This document shows positions 27,241 through 37,868 of a stretch of DNA of 64,000 nucleotides, in pieces. The stretch is from assembly GCA_017936585.1 (NCBI GenBank), contig JAGBFI010000016.1:31577-95576 (forward strand), written 5' to 3'. Both the position numbers and the translations under genes were made by a program. Within the stretch, counting starts at the first letter, position 1, and every line of letters begins with the position of its first letter. This DNA is from Clostridia bacterium (GTDB lineage Bacteria; Bacillota; Clostridia; Christensenellales; UBA1242). The notes under the pieces were generated by a model that saw nothing but the letters and a program-made list of their open reading frames with translations, did not search any database and was not told where the DNA came from.

Positions 27241-28788
27241 ATGAAGTCGATTTTTAAGAATGTTATGGTCATCACTTTATTTACTTTGCTTACGCGAATG
27301 CTGGGGTTTTTCTTTCGCATTTTTTTGTCGCGAAGCATCGGCGCAGAGGCACTTGGAATGTATCAAGTGGCACTATCGGTTTTTATGGTGCTTTTGACGG
27401 TTGTCTCAAGTGGGTTCACGCTTATCATTTCGCGCATGACGGCGAGCTTTCGCGTGCAATCCAACAAAAAAGCGATCGGAAGCCTTGTTACTTCCAGCAT
27501 GGTTGTTGGCCTTGTTGTCAGCATTGTTCTGTGCTTGGTGATTATTCTCTTTCGAAATTTGTTTGCAAACCTGTTCACTGATGCAAATTGCATGAACATC
27601 TTAATTATCCTGTTGCCATCGCTGATTTTTTCGTCTGTTTACAGCGTTTTTCGCGGGGCAATGTGGGGAAATGACAACTATTTTGGATTGTGCGTGTCGG
27701 AACTTTTGGAACAAGTGGTGAAGATTGTTGTGTGTGTGCTTTTGCTGGCAACTGGAATGACAGCTTTGCAAAATGCCATGTCTGTGGCGTGGTCATTCAC
27801 TCTTTCGTGTTTTGTTTCGGCGTTTTTTGTGATGCTTCTTTATTTTTTCTATGGTGGAAAAATGGACAAGCCGACAAAAATCTATCGCAAGGTCATTCGC
27901 CAGTCTGCACCAATCACAGGGGTGCGAGTGGTGGGAAGTTTTGTGCAGCCGCTTGTGGCGCTCATTCTTCCCGCGGGGCTTATGGCTGCGGGCTACACCT
28001 CCAACCAAGCGATGAGTCTTTATGGCGTTGCCATTGGCATGACCATGCCGTTTTTATATCTTCCTTCTGCACTGATTGGGTCTTTGTCCACCGCACTCGT
28101 GCCTGATATTTCAATGGCGCTTGTTCAAAATGACAGTGAGCATATTCAAAAACGAGTTTCTTCATCGCTGCTTTTTGCGCTTTTTGTTTCATTTTTGATT
28201 GTCCCTTGCTTTATTGCTATTGGCGACAAATTTGGGGTTTTTATTTATGACAACGAGCTCAGTGGCACGCTTTTGCAATATTCCGCATGGATTATGATCC
28301 CGATGGGATTGACAAACATCACCTCTGCAATTTTAAATTCAGTGGGTCTTGAGGTGAAGTCGTTTGTCAACTATGTGATTGGAAGCGTGTTTTTGTTTTT
28401 GCCAATCCTCATTTTGCCAAAATATATTGGCATCAATGCACTCATTGTTGGGATGGGAGCTTCGGCGATTGCAACCGCAATCCTGAACATTTTCATGCTG
28501 AAGAAAAAACTGAAAATCAACATCAAAATTTTGAAAAGTTTGCTTTTGATGATTGCCTTTTCAATTCCAACAATTGCAACGGTTTCCTTTGTCAGTGCCT
28601 TGCTTTCACATTGGATTCCAATGTTTTTTGACCTTGTGATTTCGTGCGGGGTTGGTATTTTGATGTTCTCACTTTTGTGCATTGTTTTTGATGTCATCAA
28701 CATTTCTGTATACTTCATCAAATTCAAAGAAAAATTTGAAAATAAAATAAAAATCAGAAAAATTAAGAAGAAAAAGCGTGAAAAATAG
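27241..28788 (+). CDS. MOP-superfamily flippase (MurJ/SpoVB-type polysaccharide biosynthesis protein)
   Basis: 515 aa, about 14 TM. N-terminus MKSIFKNVMVITLFTLLTRMLGFFFRIFLSRSIGAEALGMYQVA is typical of SpoVB/MurJ-like proteins. Confidence 0.75.
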   Translation: MKSIFKNVMVITLFTLLTRMLGFFFRIFLSRSIGAEALGMYQVALSVFMVLLTVVSSGFTLIISRMTASFRVQSNKKAIGSLVTSSMVVGLVVSIVLCLVIILFRNLFANLFTDANCMNILIILLPSLIFSSVYSVFRGAMWGNDNYFGLCVSELLEQVVKIVVCVLLLATGMTALQNAMSVAWSFTLSCFVSAFFVMLLYFFYGGKMDKPTKIYRKVIRQSAPITGVRVVGSFVQPLVALILPAGLMAAGYTSNQAMSLYGVAIGMTMPFLYLPSALIGSLSTALVPDISMALVQNDSEHIQKRVSSSLLFALFVSFLIVPCFIAIGDKFGVFIYDNELSGTLLQYSAWIMIPMGLTNITSAILNSVGLEVKSFVNYVIGSVFLFLPILILPKYIGINALIVGMGASAIATAILNIFMLKKKLKINIKILKSLLLMIAFSIPTIATVSFVSALLSHWIPMFFDLVISCGVGILMFSLLCIVFDVINISVYFIKFKEKFENKIKIRKIKKKKREK

Positions 28789-28859
28789 CAAAAAATGCGT
28801 ATTTTTTAAAAAAATACTCATAATACCTCTGAAATTGATTTCTTTTCAGAGGTGTTTTT

Positions 28860-29579
28860 ATGTTGACGATTGTGTTCCGTGCGGTGATTATTTATCTTGT
28901 TGTGTTGTTTTTATATCGACTTATGGGTAAAAGACAGCTTGGACAAATGCAGCCGTTTGAATTGGTTTTGACATTGATTATTGCCGACCTTGCCACAATC
29001 CCAATGGCAGAGGTTTCGGTGCCAGTTTTGCATGGAATTGTTCCGCTTTTGACCCTTGTTGTTTTGCATTTTATCTTGACTTATTTTTGCAAAATCAGCA
29101 ACAAGTTTTCATATTTTTTGAGCGGAAAACCTGTGATTGTCATCAACCCGGATGGCATTGACTATAAGGCTCTTAAAAATCTGAGCATTTCTGTGGACGA
29201 TGTTTTTGAAGCAGTGCGTGGGTGTGGATATTTCAAAATTGAGCAAATTCAATATGCCATCATGGAGACAAACGGCAAAATGAGTGTTCTTCCAAAAAGC
29301 CAGTTTGCGCCAGTTACCGTTCAGGATTTGAAGTTGAAGCCAGAAAAAAGCACAATTCCTGTCAATGTGATAAATGAAGGAAAAATCGTCAAAGAAAACT
29401 TGGAAATTGCCAGAATGGAGGAAACGCAAATCAAGGAAATTCTCAGCGGTGCAAATGTGAAAAATGTCAAAGAAGTGCTGGTAATGACAGTTGACAAAAG
29501 TGGAAGCGTGTTTTTGCAAAAATTCAACGAAAAATATCAAACCTTTCAAATTGAACCGCTTGGGCAGGTGCAGGAATGA
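28860..29579 (+). CDS. DUF421 (YetF-like) membrane protein
   Basis: MLTIVFRAVIIYLVVLFLYRLMGKRQLGQMQPFELVLTLIIADLA is the conserved DUF421 N-terminus. Confidence 0.8.
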   Translation: MLTIVFRAVIIYLVVLFLYRLMGKRQLGQMQPFELVLTLIIADLATIPMAEVSVPVLHGIVPLLTLVVLHFILTYFCKISNKFSYFLSGKPVIVINPDGIDYKALKNLSISVDDVFEAVRGCGYFKIEQIQYAIMETNGKMSVLPKSQFAPVTVQDLKLKPEKSTIPVNVINEGKIVKENLEIARMEETQIKEILSGANVKNVKEVLVMTVDKSGSVFLQKFNEKYQTFQIEPLGQVQE

Positions 29580-29980
29580 CAAAATATGGTTGGTTCAGGT
29601 TGATTTCTGTCTTTTTGCTGGTTGCGGTTTTGACATTTATTTGTGTGATTGAAGACAGATTGGTGTTTTCATCTTTGAATGCGGTCAACAATTATTGCTA
29701 TGAAATTGAAAGTGCTGTTGACAAAAATGGCGGAATTGTCAACGGCGAGGTGGCAAGTTTAGTGGACAATATGGAATACGAGTGGAAAGAGAACGAGAAA
29801 AAACTATGTTTTTTGGTCAATCATAAGTCAATTGAGCAGCTTGGGGTGGAAATTGTCAGGCTGAAAACCTACATTGACGAGGAAGAGCCGATTGAGTTCT
29901 ATGTTTCGTTGGACATAGTAAAAAACTATGTTGAAACATTCCAACATTTTATGGGGGCGAGTTTTCACAATATCTTATAA
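29576..29980 (+). CDS. DUF4363-like small membrane-anchored protein
   Basis: 134 aa, one N-terminal TM, 4-nt overlap with the DUF421 gene. The call rests on the usual DUF421-DUF4363 pairing. Confidence 0.5.
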   Translation: MTKYGWFRLISVFLLVAVLTFICVIEDRLVFSSLNAVNNYCYEIESAVDKNGGIVNGEVASLVDNMEYEWKENEKKLCFLVNHKSIEQLGVEIVRLKTYIDEEEPIEFYVSLDIVKNYVETFQHFMGASFHNIL

Positions 29981-30176
29981 ATGTAAAAATGTGTAAAATT
30001 AATTTTTTTTGAATACGGCAAACAATTATGTCAAAAATTAAATTTCCTGCACGCAGAGGTTAAACTTTTAGAGGAGATTTAAAATCTGGGAAAAATATAG
30101 AAAAAAATCAAAGAAAATAAAGGAAAAAAATAAAAACAAACACAAAAACATGCAAAAATAGAAAAAGCATGGCAAA

Positions 30177-31310
30177 TCACCAAACTTTGTCATGCTTTTT
30201 GTTTTTCAAAATCACCAATAAGATGATGACGATTGCAATCACAACAACAATTGCCACAATCAACCAAATCAGCCACAAATATGAAGGGGCTTCGGTTTTG
30301 ATTGTTGAAAGCCCGCTGATTTCTTTGCGATAGCCTTCTGTGCCGCTTGTGTTTTTCACGGACAGAATGACTGTCCAAGTCCCTTCAATGTCTTGCGAGT
30401 TGAAGGTGAAGGTTGTGCCTGTTGTTTTTTGAATGGCGTCATAGAGTGTTTCATGGCTTGCATATGAGCGGTCTTCTTGCATTTTTGGGTCGAGGCAGTA
30501 GTTTACGTTGTCGATGTCTGTTCCGTATGCCTGCCAAGTGAGGTAGTCAGGATTTACATATTTGAACGTGTCGTCTGAGAGTCGCAGGTTAAACACATTC
30601 ATAAGTTTTTTTGAACTTGAAACTGAATATAAAAGTTTGACATCTTTCTTTTTTGCGTTCACGATTGCAGCGTTGATGTCGTCTGGCAGAATGGCGATGT
30701 AAAGTGGACCAACTGATTTTGTGATGACGGCGTCGCTGTCGGTGTTGTCAGGGTCGGTGTAGTCAAACGAGAAGTCAAATTTGTAAATGCCAAAGTCATA
30801 GCCGTTGCTGCTGTTTGCTGCTGTTTTGTCTTGTGCGTTGCTGTCAATGAAAAATTGGAAATTGAACTGAGTGAAAGTGTTGTTTGCGATTGTGTCAGAG
30901 GAAAGAGGTTCTTTTGAGTCGGTCACGCCAATTGATTGGGTGAGGTCTTCTGTTGCGATATGGGCAACAGTGAAGCGATATGCTTTGTATGATTTTGTCT
31001 GGCTTTCGATGTCTGCTTTGAAAGTGAAGACCAGGCTGTTTAAATCTTTCCAATTGAAACAATAATATTGAATTTCGCCGCCTACAGTTTGTTTTGTTTG
31101 GATGTTGAGAGGCAAGGTGTTTCCTCTTCGTGCATTTGCGGCAACTTGCATTGAGAACGAGTTTGAACTGTCGGACAGCGTCACTGGCATGAAGATGGCC
31201 GCTTTTGCAGAGAGTGTTGGTTGCACGCAGAAAAAGCCGAGGCTCAGCACAAGCATAAACCCAATGACCACAAATTTGCGAAATAAACTTCTCAGATTTT
31301 TCATTTTCAT
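30177..31310 (-). CDS. type I membrane / surface protein, hypothetical (377 aa)
   Basis: N-terminal signal peptide (…LSAKA), a beta-rich Thr/Asp/Ser ectodomain, and a C-terminal TM LWLIWLIVAIVVVIAIVIILLVIL followed by KNKKHDKVW. Confidence 0.55.
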   Translation of the reverse strand: MKMKNLRSLFRKFVVIGFMLVLSLGFFCVQPTLSAKAAIFMPVTLSDSSNSFSMQVAANARRGNTLPLNIQTKQTVGGEIQYYCFNWKDLNSLVFTFKADIESQTKSYKAYRFTVAHIATEDLTQSIGVTDSKEPLSSDTIANNTFTQFNFQFFIDSNAQDKTAANSSNGYDFGIYKFDFSFDYTDPDNTDSDAVITKSVGPLYIAILPDDINAAIVNAKKKDVKLLYSVSSSKKLMNVFNLRLSDDTFKYVNPDYLTWQAYGTDIDNVNYCLDPKMQEDRSYASHETLYDAIQKTTGTTFTFNSQDIEGTWTVILSVKNTSGTEGYRKEISGLSTIKTEAPSYLWLIWLIVAIVVVIAIVIILLVILKNKKHDKVW

Positions 31311-31406
31311 ATATATGATTTTAGCATATATTTAAAATTTTTAAAAATATTTTGAATAAAATGTTTCTTTGTTGACAAAAAAAATAAAAAAAGTTACAAT
31401 AATCAC

Positions 31407-32240
31407 ATGAATATGGTTGAAAATATTGATTTGAAAATTGAGGAAAATCAAATAAGTTTTGATTTCCTTAAGGCTCCTGAAAAGCAAACCGTGCTGCAGG
31501 AAGAAAATTATGAGTGGGTGAAAGAAGAAACTTTGGTGGTGCTTGTCAAAGCCAAGGGAGGCCTTTCTCACAACTTTGAGCTTTGCGGCAAAAAGATGAT
31601 TGACTGGGTGGCGATGTCCACGTCAGGATGTCCTCAAAAAGTGATTGACGAGCCTTCTGAAGAGGATTTTTTGGATACTCTCAAACCTTTAGTGGGGGAA
31701 TTTAAGTTTGTTGCGGTGCTTTACAGCGACACTCCACTGATTAAAAAAACAACATTCTTGGAGATTATGGACTATTTTTCAAAACACAAAATGAACGTTT
31801 TGAAACTTTTTCGCGGATATGTCTTCAGAGGTGAGTATCTTAAAAATGCTCTCATGCTTCTTTCCACCACAGTTGAAGAATTTGACAAAGAGGATTTCAC
31901 TGTTGTGGACGATGCACGAAAGGCAAGCTGGGCTTTCAAGGTTTTGCAAAACAGAATTTTGGAATATCACAAAGAAAATGGTGTGACTTTCTTCGGCGAA
32001 AACACCGTTTTTGTGGATGCGGATGTTGAAATTGAAGAGGGAACAATCATATATCCAAACAATGTTCTCAAAGGGGAGAGTTACATTGGCAGAGACGTGA
32101 TTTTGGAGAGTGGAAACTATATTTTTGACACAATCATTTGTGACGAGGCGTTTGTTTGCCAAAGTTATCTTGAAAAAAGTAAAGTTGAAAAAGGAAAAAC
32201 TGTTGGGCCATATGTTCGGGCTATCAATCAGAAAATTTGA
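31407..32240 (+). CDS. GlmU-like protein, truncated and motif-degenerate
   Basis: 277 aa. Collinear with GlmU blocks (VLYSDTPLI vs ICGDTPLL; GVTFFGENTVFVDADVEIEEGTIIYPNNVLKG... left-handed beta-helix turns; GPYVRA vs GPFAHIRP). It lacks the GxGTRM loop and the C-terminal ~115 aa. It occupies the glmU slot upstream of pth-mfd. Confidence 0.6.
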   Translation: MNMVENIDLKIEENQISFDFLKAPEKQTVLQEENYEWVKEETLVVLVKAKGGLSHNFELCGKKMIDWVAMSTSGCPQKVIDEPSEEDFLDTLKPLVGEFKFVAVLYSDTPLIKKTTFLEIMDYFSKHKMNVLKLFRGYVFRGEYLKNALMLLSTTVEEFDKEDFTVVDDARKASWAFKVLQNRILEYHKENGVTFFGENTVFVDADVEIEEGTIIYPNNVLKGESYIGRDVILESGNYIFDTIICDEAFVCQSYLEKSKVEKGKTVGPYVRAINQKI

Positions 32241-32248
32241 GGTGAAAA

Positions 32249-32755
32249 ATGGTCATAATTGTTGGGCTTGGAAATCCTGAGGCGGAATATTTTCACACCT
32301 ATCACAACATTGGATTTGATGTTGTGGACGCGGTTGCAAAAAAAATGGGGGTGGAGTTTTCAAAAGAGAAATTTAAGGCTTTGATTGCAGAGGGAATGTT
32401 TTATGGCGAGAAATTTATGCTTGTGAAACCACAAACTTACATGAACAGAAGCGGCGAAAGCTTGGTGCTTTTGAAAGAAAAATTTAAGGATGCACGACTT
32501 TTGGTGGTTGTGGACGATATCGACCTTCCAAAGGGGAATTTGCGTTATCGAGAACACGGCTCCGCGGGCACTCACAACGGTCTTCGAAGTATCGTGGAAT
32601 TTATTGGAAAAGAATTTGAAAGATTGAAAGTGGGTGTTGGCAGGGATATTTCTTTAGATCTTGCTGACTATGTGCTTTCAAAATATGACAAAGAGGTTTT
32701 TGCTCCTATCATTGAAAAGGCGGCTGAACAAGTTTTGGAGAGAATGTTTGCATGA
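32249..32755 (+). CDS. pth: peptidyl-tRNA hydrolase
   Basis: 168 aa. MVIIVGLGNPEAEYFHTYHNIGF...PQTYMNRSGES...DDIDLP.G..R...GS.G.HNGL. Confidence 0.95.
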   Translation: MVIIVGLGNPEAEYFHTYHNIGFDVVDAVAKKMGVEFSKEKFKALIAEGMFYGEKFMLVKPQTYMNRSGESLVLLKEKFKDARLLVVVDDIDLPKGNLRYREHGSAGTHNGLRSIVEFIGKEFERLKVGVGRDISLDLADYVLSKYDKEVFAPIIEKAAEQVLERMFA

Positions 32756-35700
32756 AAGTTTTTTTGGAAACCTTGAAAAAATCGTTTAATCCCAAGGAAA
32801 AAAACTTGGGAGGTTTTTTTATTGGCGAAAAGGTGCTTTATGTTGCATCTCAAGAAGCAACAATCTATTTGTGCGGAGATTTTGTTTCTGCAAGCAAGCT
32901 TAAGCGTGGGTTGAGTGCCTGCGGAAAGACGGCACAAGTCATTTCTTGTGGACGTGAAAATGAGGATGAAAACGACATCAATTTGTCGCCTTTTGCAAGT
33001 GGAATTTCGGCTTTTTTGAACGGCAAAATTGATGTGTTGATTTTCCTGCCTTCTTCACTGACAACGCTTTTTGATTTGGACTTTTTGAAGCAATCAAAAA
33101 AGATTGCTGTTGGTGAAGAACATCCAATTGAAGACCTTTCAAAGCAGCTTGTTGATTTTGGCTTTGAAAAGGTGGATTATGTCACAATGGCTGGGCAGTT
33201 TGCCGTGCGTGGGGATGTTGTGGACATCTTTTTGGAGGGGCAATATCCAACGCGGGTTGAATATTTTGATGACGAAATTGAAAGAATTGTCAATTTTGAT
33301 TTTGCCTCGATGAAAACGATTGAAAAACTGGAAAAGGCTGAAATTTCTCCAATTTTTTTGAAGATTGGCAAAAACTCAGTTTTCGACATCTGTGACAACA
33401 TTTTGATTGATGAGCCTGTCAAGCTTGAAAACGAGTGCAAGATTTTGGCTAAGAGCAGGCAGGAACTTTCTTGGACACGAAACGACCTTTTTTTGAATTT
33501 TGAAGATGTGAATTTGGACAAGTTCACTGTTTTCACAAACACATCGGACAATTCGTTTGACAACAAAACGATTGGTCAGAAAAACTATATCACTGATTTT
33601 GTGGCTTTGAAAAACGACATCAACATGTATGTCAAGCATGGCACGAACGTCTTTTTGTTTGCCGGCGAGTTTTTTGAGATTTTGAAAGAATTTTTGATGA
33701 CAAACAACATTCCTTTCAAGCTTTTTGATGGACAAATGTTGAAAACAAGTTATGTTTATGTGTGCAAGGGCTATTTTCCATATTCTTTCAGTTTCTTGGA
33801 ATATGGCATTGTTGGAATCGGCACGGATGACATGTATAAAAGCAAAAAAATCGAGTTCCGCGGTGGAAGGCAAAGTTTTTCATATCTTCCAAAAGTGGGC
33901 GATTTTGTTGTACATTCGTTCTATGGCGTGGGCAGATGCAAAGACATTGTCAGGATGAAACTTTCTCACGTTGAGAAGGACTATTTTGTGCTGGAATATA
34001 AAAACGGCGCAACACTTTATCTTCCAACGGAGCAGGCGAACCTTGTGTCGGCATACATTGGAGGAGATGCTCCAAAACTGAACGCTCTTGGCTCAAGCGA
34101 GTGGAACAGATTGAAGCAAAAAGTCAAGGAGGATTTAAAAGAAGTCGCAATTTCACTTGCGAAAATTTATAAAGAACGCGAAACGAAAAAGGGTTTTGAG
34201 TTTGTTCGAGAGGAAGACCTTGAAAAGCAGTTTGCTGATGCCTTTGAGTTTGAATTGACGCCAGACCAAGCACAAGCGATTACCGATGTCGACAAAGACA
34301 TGGAAAGCGAAAAAATCATGGATCGCCTCATTTGCGGAGATGTCGGATTTGGAAAGACAGAAGTGGCTTTTCGTGCGATTTTCAAGGCGGTTTATAATTC
34401 AAAACAAGTTGCCTTTTTGTGTCCAACAACAATCCTCTCAGAGCAGCACTATCGCTCTTGCGTGCACAGGATGCGCGACTTTGGATTTAGGATTGAGGTA
34501 CTGAATCGCTTCAAAACTGAAAAGCAAACGAAAGAAATTTACAAACGCTTGGCGGAAGGGAAAATTGACATTTTGATTGGAACTCACAAAATTCTCAACG
34601 AAAACCTTAAATTCAAAGATTTGGGGCTTTTGGTGCTTGACGAAGAGCAGCGTTTTGGCGTGAAAGATAAAGAAAAAATCAAGCAGCTGAAGTCGGATAT
34701 TGATGTACTCACGCTGTCAGCAACACCAATTCCTCGCACGCTTCATATGTCTCTTTCTGGCATTCGCGACATCAGCGTGATTGCAACGCCTCCACGCGAC
34801 AGACTTCCAATTCAAACCTATGTTTCTTCATATAGTGACGACCTTTTGCAAGATGTTGTTGCAAGAGAGCTTTCTCGAAACGGCAAGGCTCTCATTCTGT
34901 TTAACAAAGTGGCGGAGATTTATCATTTCAGAAGCCACGTTGCGGAACTTTTGCCTCAGGCGAAAATTGGGCTTGCTCATGGGCAGATGGAAGAACGCGA
35001 ACTTTCCCGCGTCATCAATGATTTGTATGACGATAAGTTCAATGTTTTCATTTCGACAACACTGATTGAAAATGGTGTCGATTTGCCAACACTCAACACC
35101 CTTTTTGTGGTGGATTGTGACATGCTTGGGCTCAGCCAACTCTATCAAATTCGCGGCAGAATTGGACGCTCGGACAAACTTGCTTATGCCTATTTGACAT
35201 ACAACGGTGGCAAAGTTTTGACTGAGGAAGCTTACAAGAGGTTGGAGGCAATCAAAGAGTTCCGTGAACTTGGAAGCGGCTTCAAAATTGCCATTCGTGA
35301 CCTTGAAATTCGTGGAGCGGGCAACATTCTTGGCAAAGAGCAGCATGGACATATGCAGAAGGTGGGATATGACATGTATGTCAGACTTTTGGAAGAGGTC
35401 ACAAGAGAAATTGCGGGCGAAAAGACGGTTGCTGAGAAAGAAATCAAACTTGAACTTCAACTTGACGCTTACATCAGCGAGGATTACATCCCATCGCAGG
35501 ATGAGAGAATTGTTTTCTACAACAAAATCAGCAAAATTTCATCCGAAAGTGAGCTGAAACAGACCATCAATCAAATGCAAGAGCGAAACGGGCAAGCTCC
35601 AACAGAAACGGTCAATCTTTGCAAGATTGCATTTCTGAAAAATTTGGCAAAACAGTTCAACGTCCAGAAAATTCGAATCAACGCTCAGGAGTGTTTGATT

Positions 35701-35883
35701 TATCTCTATAAGAGCGAGGAAATCATTGATAAAAGATTGTCGAAAGTTAGCGGATTTTATGACTCTTGTTTAAAATTGGAAGATTGTCCTATTCTAAAAA
35801 TAAACGCAACAGGGCGTGTTGTACAAAAGGTGGAACTTCTGACGAAAATGTTTGCACAGGCGGAAAAAGAGACAAAGGACTAA
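32752..35883 (+). CDS. mfd: transcription-repair coupling factor
   Basis: 1043 aa. CarD-like RID ([13 protein letters not shown]), SF2 helicase motifs ([30 protein letters not shown]) and a TRG region. 4-nt overlap with pth. Confidence 0.95.
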   Translation: MKVFLETLKKSFNPKEKNLGGFFIGEKVLYVASQEATIYLCGDFVSASKLKRGLSACGKTAQVISCGRENEDENDINLSPFASGISAFLNGKIDVLIFLPSSLTTLFDLDFLKQSKKIAVGEEHPIEDLSKQLVDFGFEKVDYVTMAGQFAVRGDVVDIFLEGQYPTRVEYFDDEIERIVNFDFASMKTIEKLEKAEISPIFLKIGKNSVFDICDNILIDEPVKLENECKILAKSRQELSWTRNDLFLNFEDVNLDKFTVFTNTSDNSFDNKTIGQKNYITDFVALKNDINMYVKHGTNVFLFAGEFFEILKEFLMTNNIPFKLFDGQMLKTSYVYVCKGYFPYSFSFLEYGIVGIGTDDMYKSKKIEFRGGRQSFSYLPKVGDFVVHSFYGVGRCKDIVRMKLSHVEKDYFVLEYKNGATLYLPTEQANLVSAYIGGDAPKLNALGSSEWNRLKQKVKEDLKEVAISLAKIYKERETKKGFEFVREEDLEKQFADAFEFELTPDQAQAITDVDKDMESEKIMDRLICGDVGFGKTEVAFRAIFKAVYNSKQVAFLCPTTILSEQHYRSCVHRMRDFGFRIEVLNRFKTEKQTKEIYKRLAEGKIDILIGTHKILNENLKFKDLGLLVLDEEQRFGVKDKEKIKQLKSDIDVLTLSATPIPRTLHMSLSGIRDISVIATPPRDRLPIQTYVSSYSDDLLQDVVARELSRNGKALILFNKVAEIYHFRSHVAELLPQAKIGLAHGQMEERELSRVINDLYDDKFNVFISTTLIENGVDLPTLNTLFVVDCDMLGLSQLYQIRGRIGRSDKLAYAYLTYNGGKVLTEEAYKRLEAIKEFRELGSGFKIAIRDLEIRGAGNILGKEQHGHMQKVGYDMYVRLLEEVTREIAGEKTVAEKEIKLELQLDAYISEDYIPSQDERIVFYNKISKISSESELKQTINQMQERNGQAPTETVNLCKIAFLKNLAKQFNVQKIRINAQECLIYLYKSEEIIDKRLSKVSGFYDSCLKLEDCPILKINATGRVVQKVELLTKMFAQAEKETKD

Positions 35884-35999
35884 AAAAGATTATAAATTTC
35901 TTTGCTTTTGCTTGAAATTTGTTGATTTTTATGATAAACTATCATGGTTAAATCATAAAGTGGGGGATTCCCGCTTGAAACTTACTTGGAGATTTTTAG

Positions 36000-37793
36000 A
36001 TGAAAAGAAAAATTGCAGCATTGTTATTGGTTTTGATTATGTGCGTGTCTGTGTTCACAGGCTGTTCTTTGTGGGAAAGAGACGACAAGGCTTTCTATGA
36101 GTCTGTTGCCGGCAGAGTGACATACACAGACGGTCAAGTGGATGAAATCACAAACAGAGAACTCATCATGGCTTACAGAAGCTATGGATACAACTATGTT
36201 GATAACTATGGCTACACAGTTGAACAAGCTTTGGAAGTGACTCTTGGCACAGTTGTTGACAACAAAGTGAAAATAAAAGATGTTAAAGAATGTTATGAAG
36301 AAAAGAACGAAGCTCTTTTCAACGACAGAGAAAAGACATATCTTTGGAACACAACTTTTGATTCATTGTATTCAAATTTGACAGAATATTACAACAACAT
36401 TCTTGGCTTGAAATCAAGTGATGAAAGCAACTCTTCAGAACAGACAAATTCGTCAGTTTATGAAGAGTATGACAGACAAACATCATTTGCAACAAAAGAT
36501 GGCAAGCTTGTGATTAAACTCAATAATCCAGAAACAACAGTTCGCGACAGCTATGACATCAGCGCCGGAACAAGAGACTATGAAGCAAAATCTGACGGTG
36601 GGGTTCAACTTGACAAAGAAGCAATGTACAACAAACTTTACGCTTTGGTTGGAAACAAAACAACAAAGGCAGAAAAAGATTGGGGCAACGCTTTCAAGAA
36701 TTACATCGACACAATCAAAGAAAACTATTCATACATGACTTTTACAACAGACAAAGATTGCTTCATGTTTGAAATGGACAGAGTTTACAACATTCTCAAA
36801 GACAACTATTTGGTGCAAAAATATTCTGAAATTTACACAAATCAAACAGGTCTTTCACCAGTCACTGTTGATGAGGTTTTGAAATCTTATTCAGAAAAGG
36901 TGAGAGCAGACTACACAAAATATTACTCTCAAAAAGATTCAACATATGAAACAAACATGATCAGCGACTCAGCAAACATGGACTATGTTTTGACAGACGG
37001 CGAAGCAACCTTCTTCAATGTTGGCTACATCAAAATGGAATTTACAGACGCTCAAAAAGCAGATTTGGCAGAATTGAAAGCAAAGAATGAGGCTGGATCA
37101 ATCAACGATTATGACGCTCAAGTTGATGCTCTCTATGCGGCAGTTGTGGCAAATATCAGAGATGCAGAAACTGGCGAAAAGACGGGAAACACAATCAGTG
37201 CAACAAATCTGAGAACGGAAATTGAAACAGTTGTTTCTGGTGCAGGAGCAAACGCAGCAACAGAGCAAGAAAAAACTTATGCAAAAGCTGACGCATTCAG
37301 AAAATATCTCTATCTTTACAACGATGACGACACAATGAAGGGTGCTGAAACAGCAACTATGTTTGGAATCAAAAAAGACGGCTCAGTGCTTGCAAACGAA
37401 ACTTTCAGCGGAAAAACTGATATCGAAGCTGCAATCAAAGAACTTTACAGCAATGGAACTGCAGAAGTTGGGAAACTCAGCACACTTGTTCGTGCAGAAG
37501 ACGGAATCTATTTGTTCTTCTATGCTGGCGAAGTTGAAAACTTGTTCTCTGTGACAAAAGATTTTGATGTGTCAACTGAAGAAAATAATGTGAAGACTTT
37601 GGCTTCAACAAGAATCAACATTTTCTCAAACAAAACAATTTTCGACAAACTTTATGAAGAATTGACATCAAGTTATTCTTCAATTTTCGAAAGTTTGCAT
37701 ATTGAATATTTGAAGAGTGCAGAAGCAAACTTAGTTTCAAAAATTGAAATGATGACTGACAAAATTGCAGATGTTGCCGAAGCTATTGGCTAA
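36000..37793 (+). CDS. lipoprotein, hypothetical (597 aa)
   Basis: MKRKIAALLLVLIMCVSVFTGCS with lipobox FTGC. I recognise no PPIase or other catalytic motif. Confidence 0.65.
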   Translation: MKRKIAALLLVLIMCVSVFTGCSLWERDDKAFYESVAGRVTYTDGQVDEITNRELIMAYRSYGYNYVDNYGYTVEQALEVTLGTVVDNKVKIKDVKECYEEKNEALFNDREKTYLWNTTFDSLYSNLTEYYNNILGLKSSDESNSSEQTNSSVYEEYDRQTSFATKDGKLVIKLNNPETTVRDSYDISAGTRDYEAKSDGGVQLDKEAMYNKLYALVGNKTTKAEKDWGNAFKNYIDTIKENYSYMTFTTDKDCFMFEMDRVYNILKDNYLVQKYSEIYTNQTGLSPVTVDEVLKSYSEKVRADYTKYYSQKDSTYETNMISDSANMDYVLTDGEATFFNVGYIKMEFTDAQKADLAELKAKNEAGSINDYDAQVDALYAAVVANIRDAETGEKTGNTISATNLRTEIETVVSGAGANAATEQEKTYAKADAFRKYLYLYNDDDTMKGAETATMFGIKKDGSVLANETFSGKTDIEAAIKELYSNGTAEVGKLSTLVRAEDGIYLFFYAGEVENLFSVTKDFDVSTEENNVKTLASTRINIFSNKTIFDKLYEELTSSYSSIFESLHIEYLKSAEANLVSKIEMMTDKIADVAEAIG

Positions 37794-37812
37794 AACTTTA
37801 GTCAAAAATAAA

Positions 37813-37850
37813 CAACAACCCTCGTTTGTTTGACAAGGGTTGTTGTATTT
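37813..37850 (+). terminator. rho-independent terminator
   Basis: 10-bp stem CAACAACCCT / AGGGTTGTTG followed by TATTTTG. Confidence 0.65.
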
Positions 37851-37868
37851 TGTTAAAATGCTTCTATC

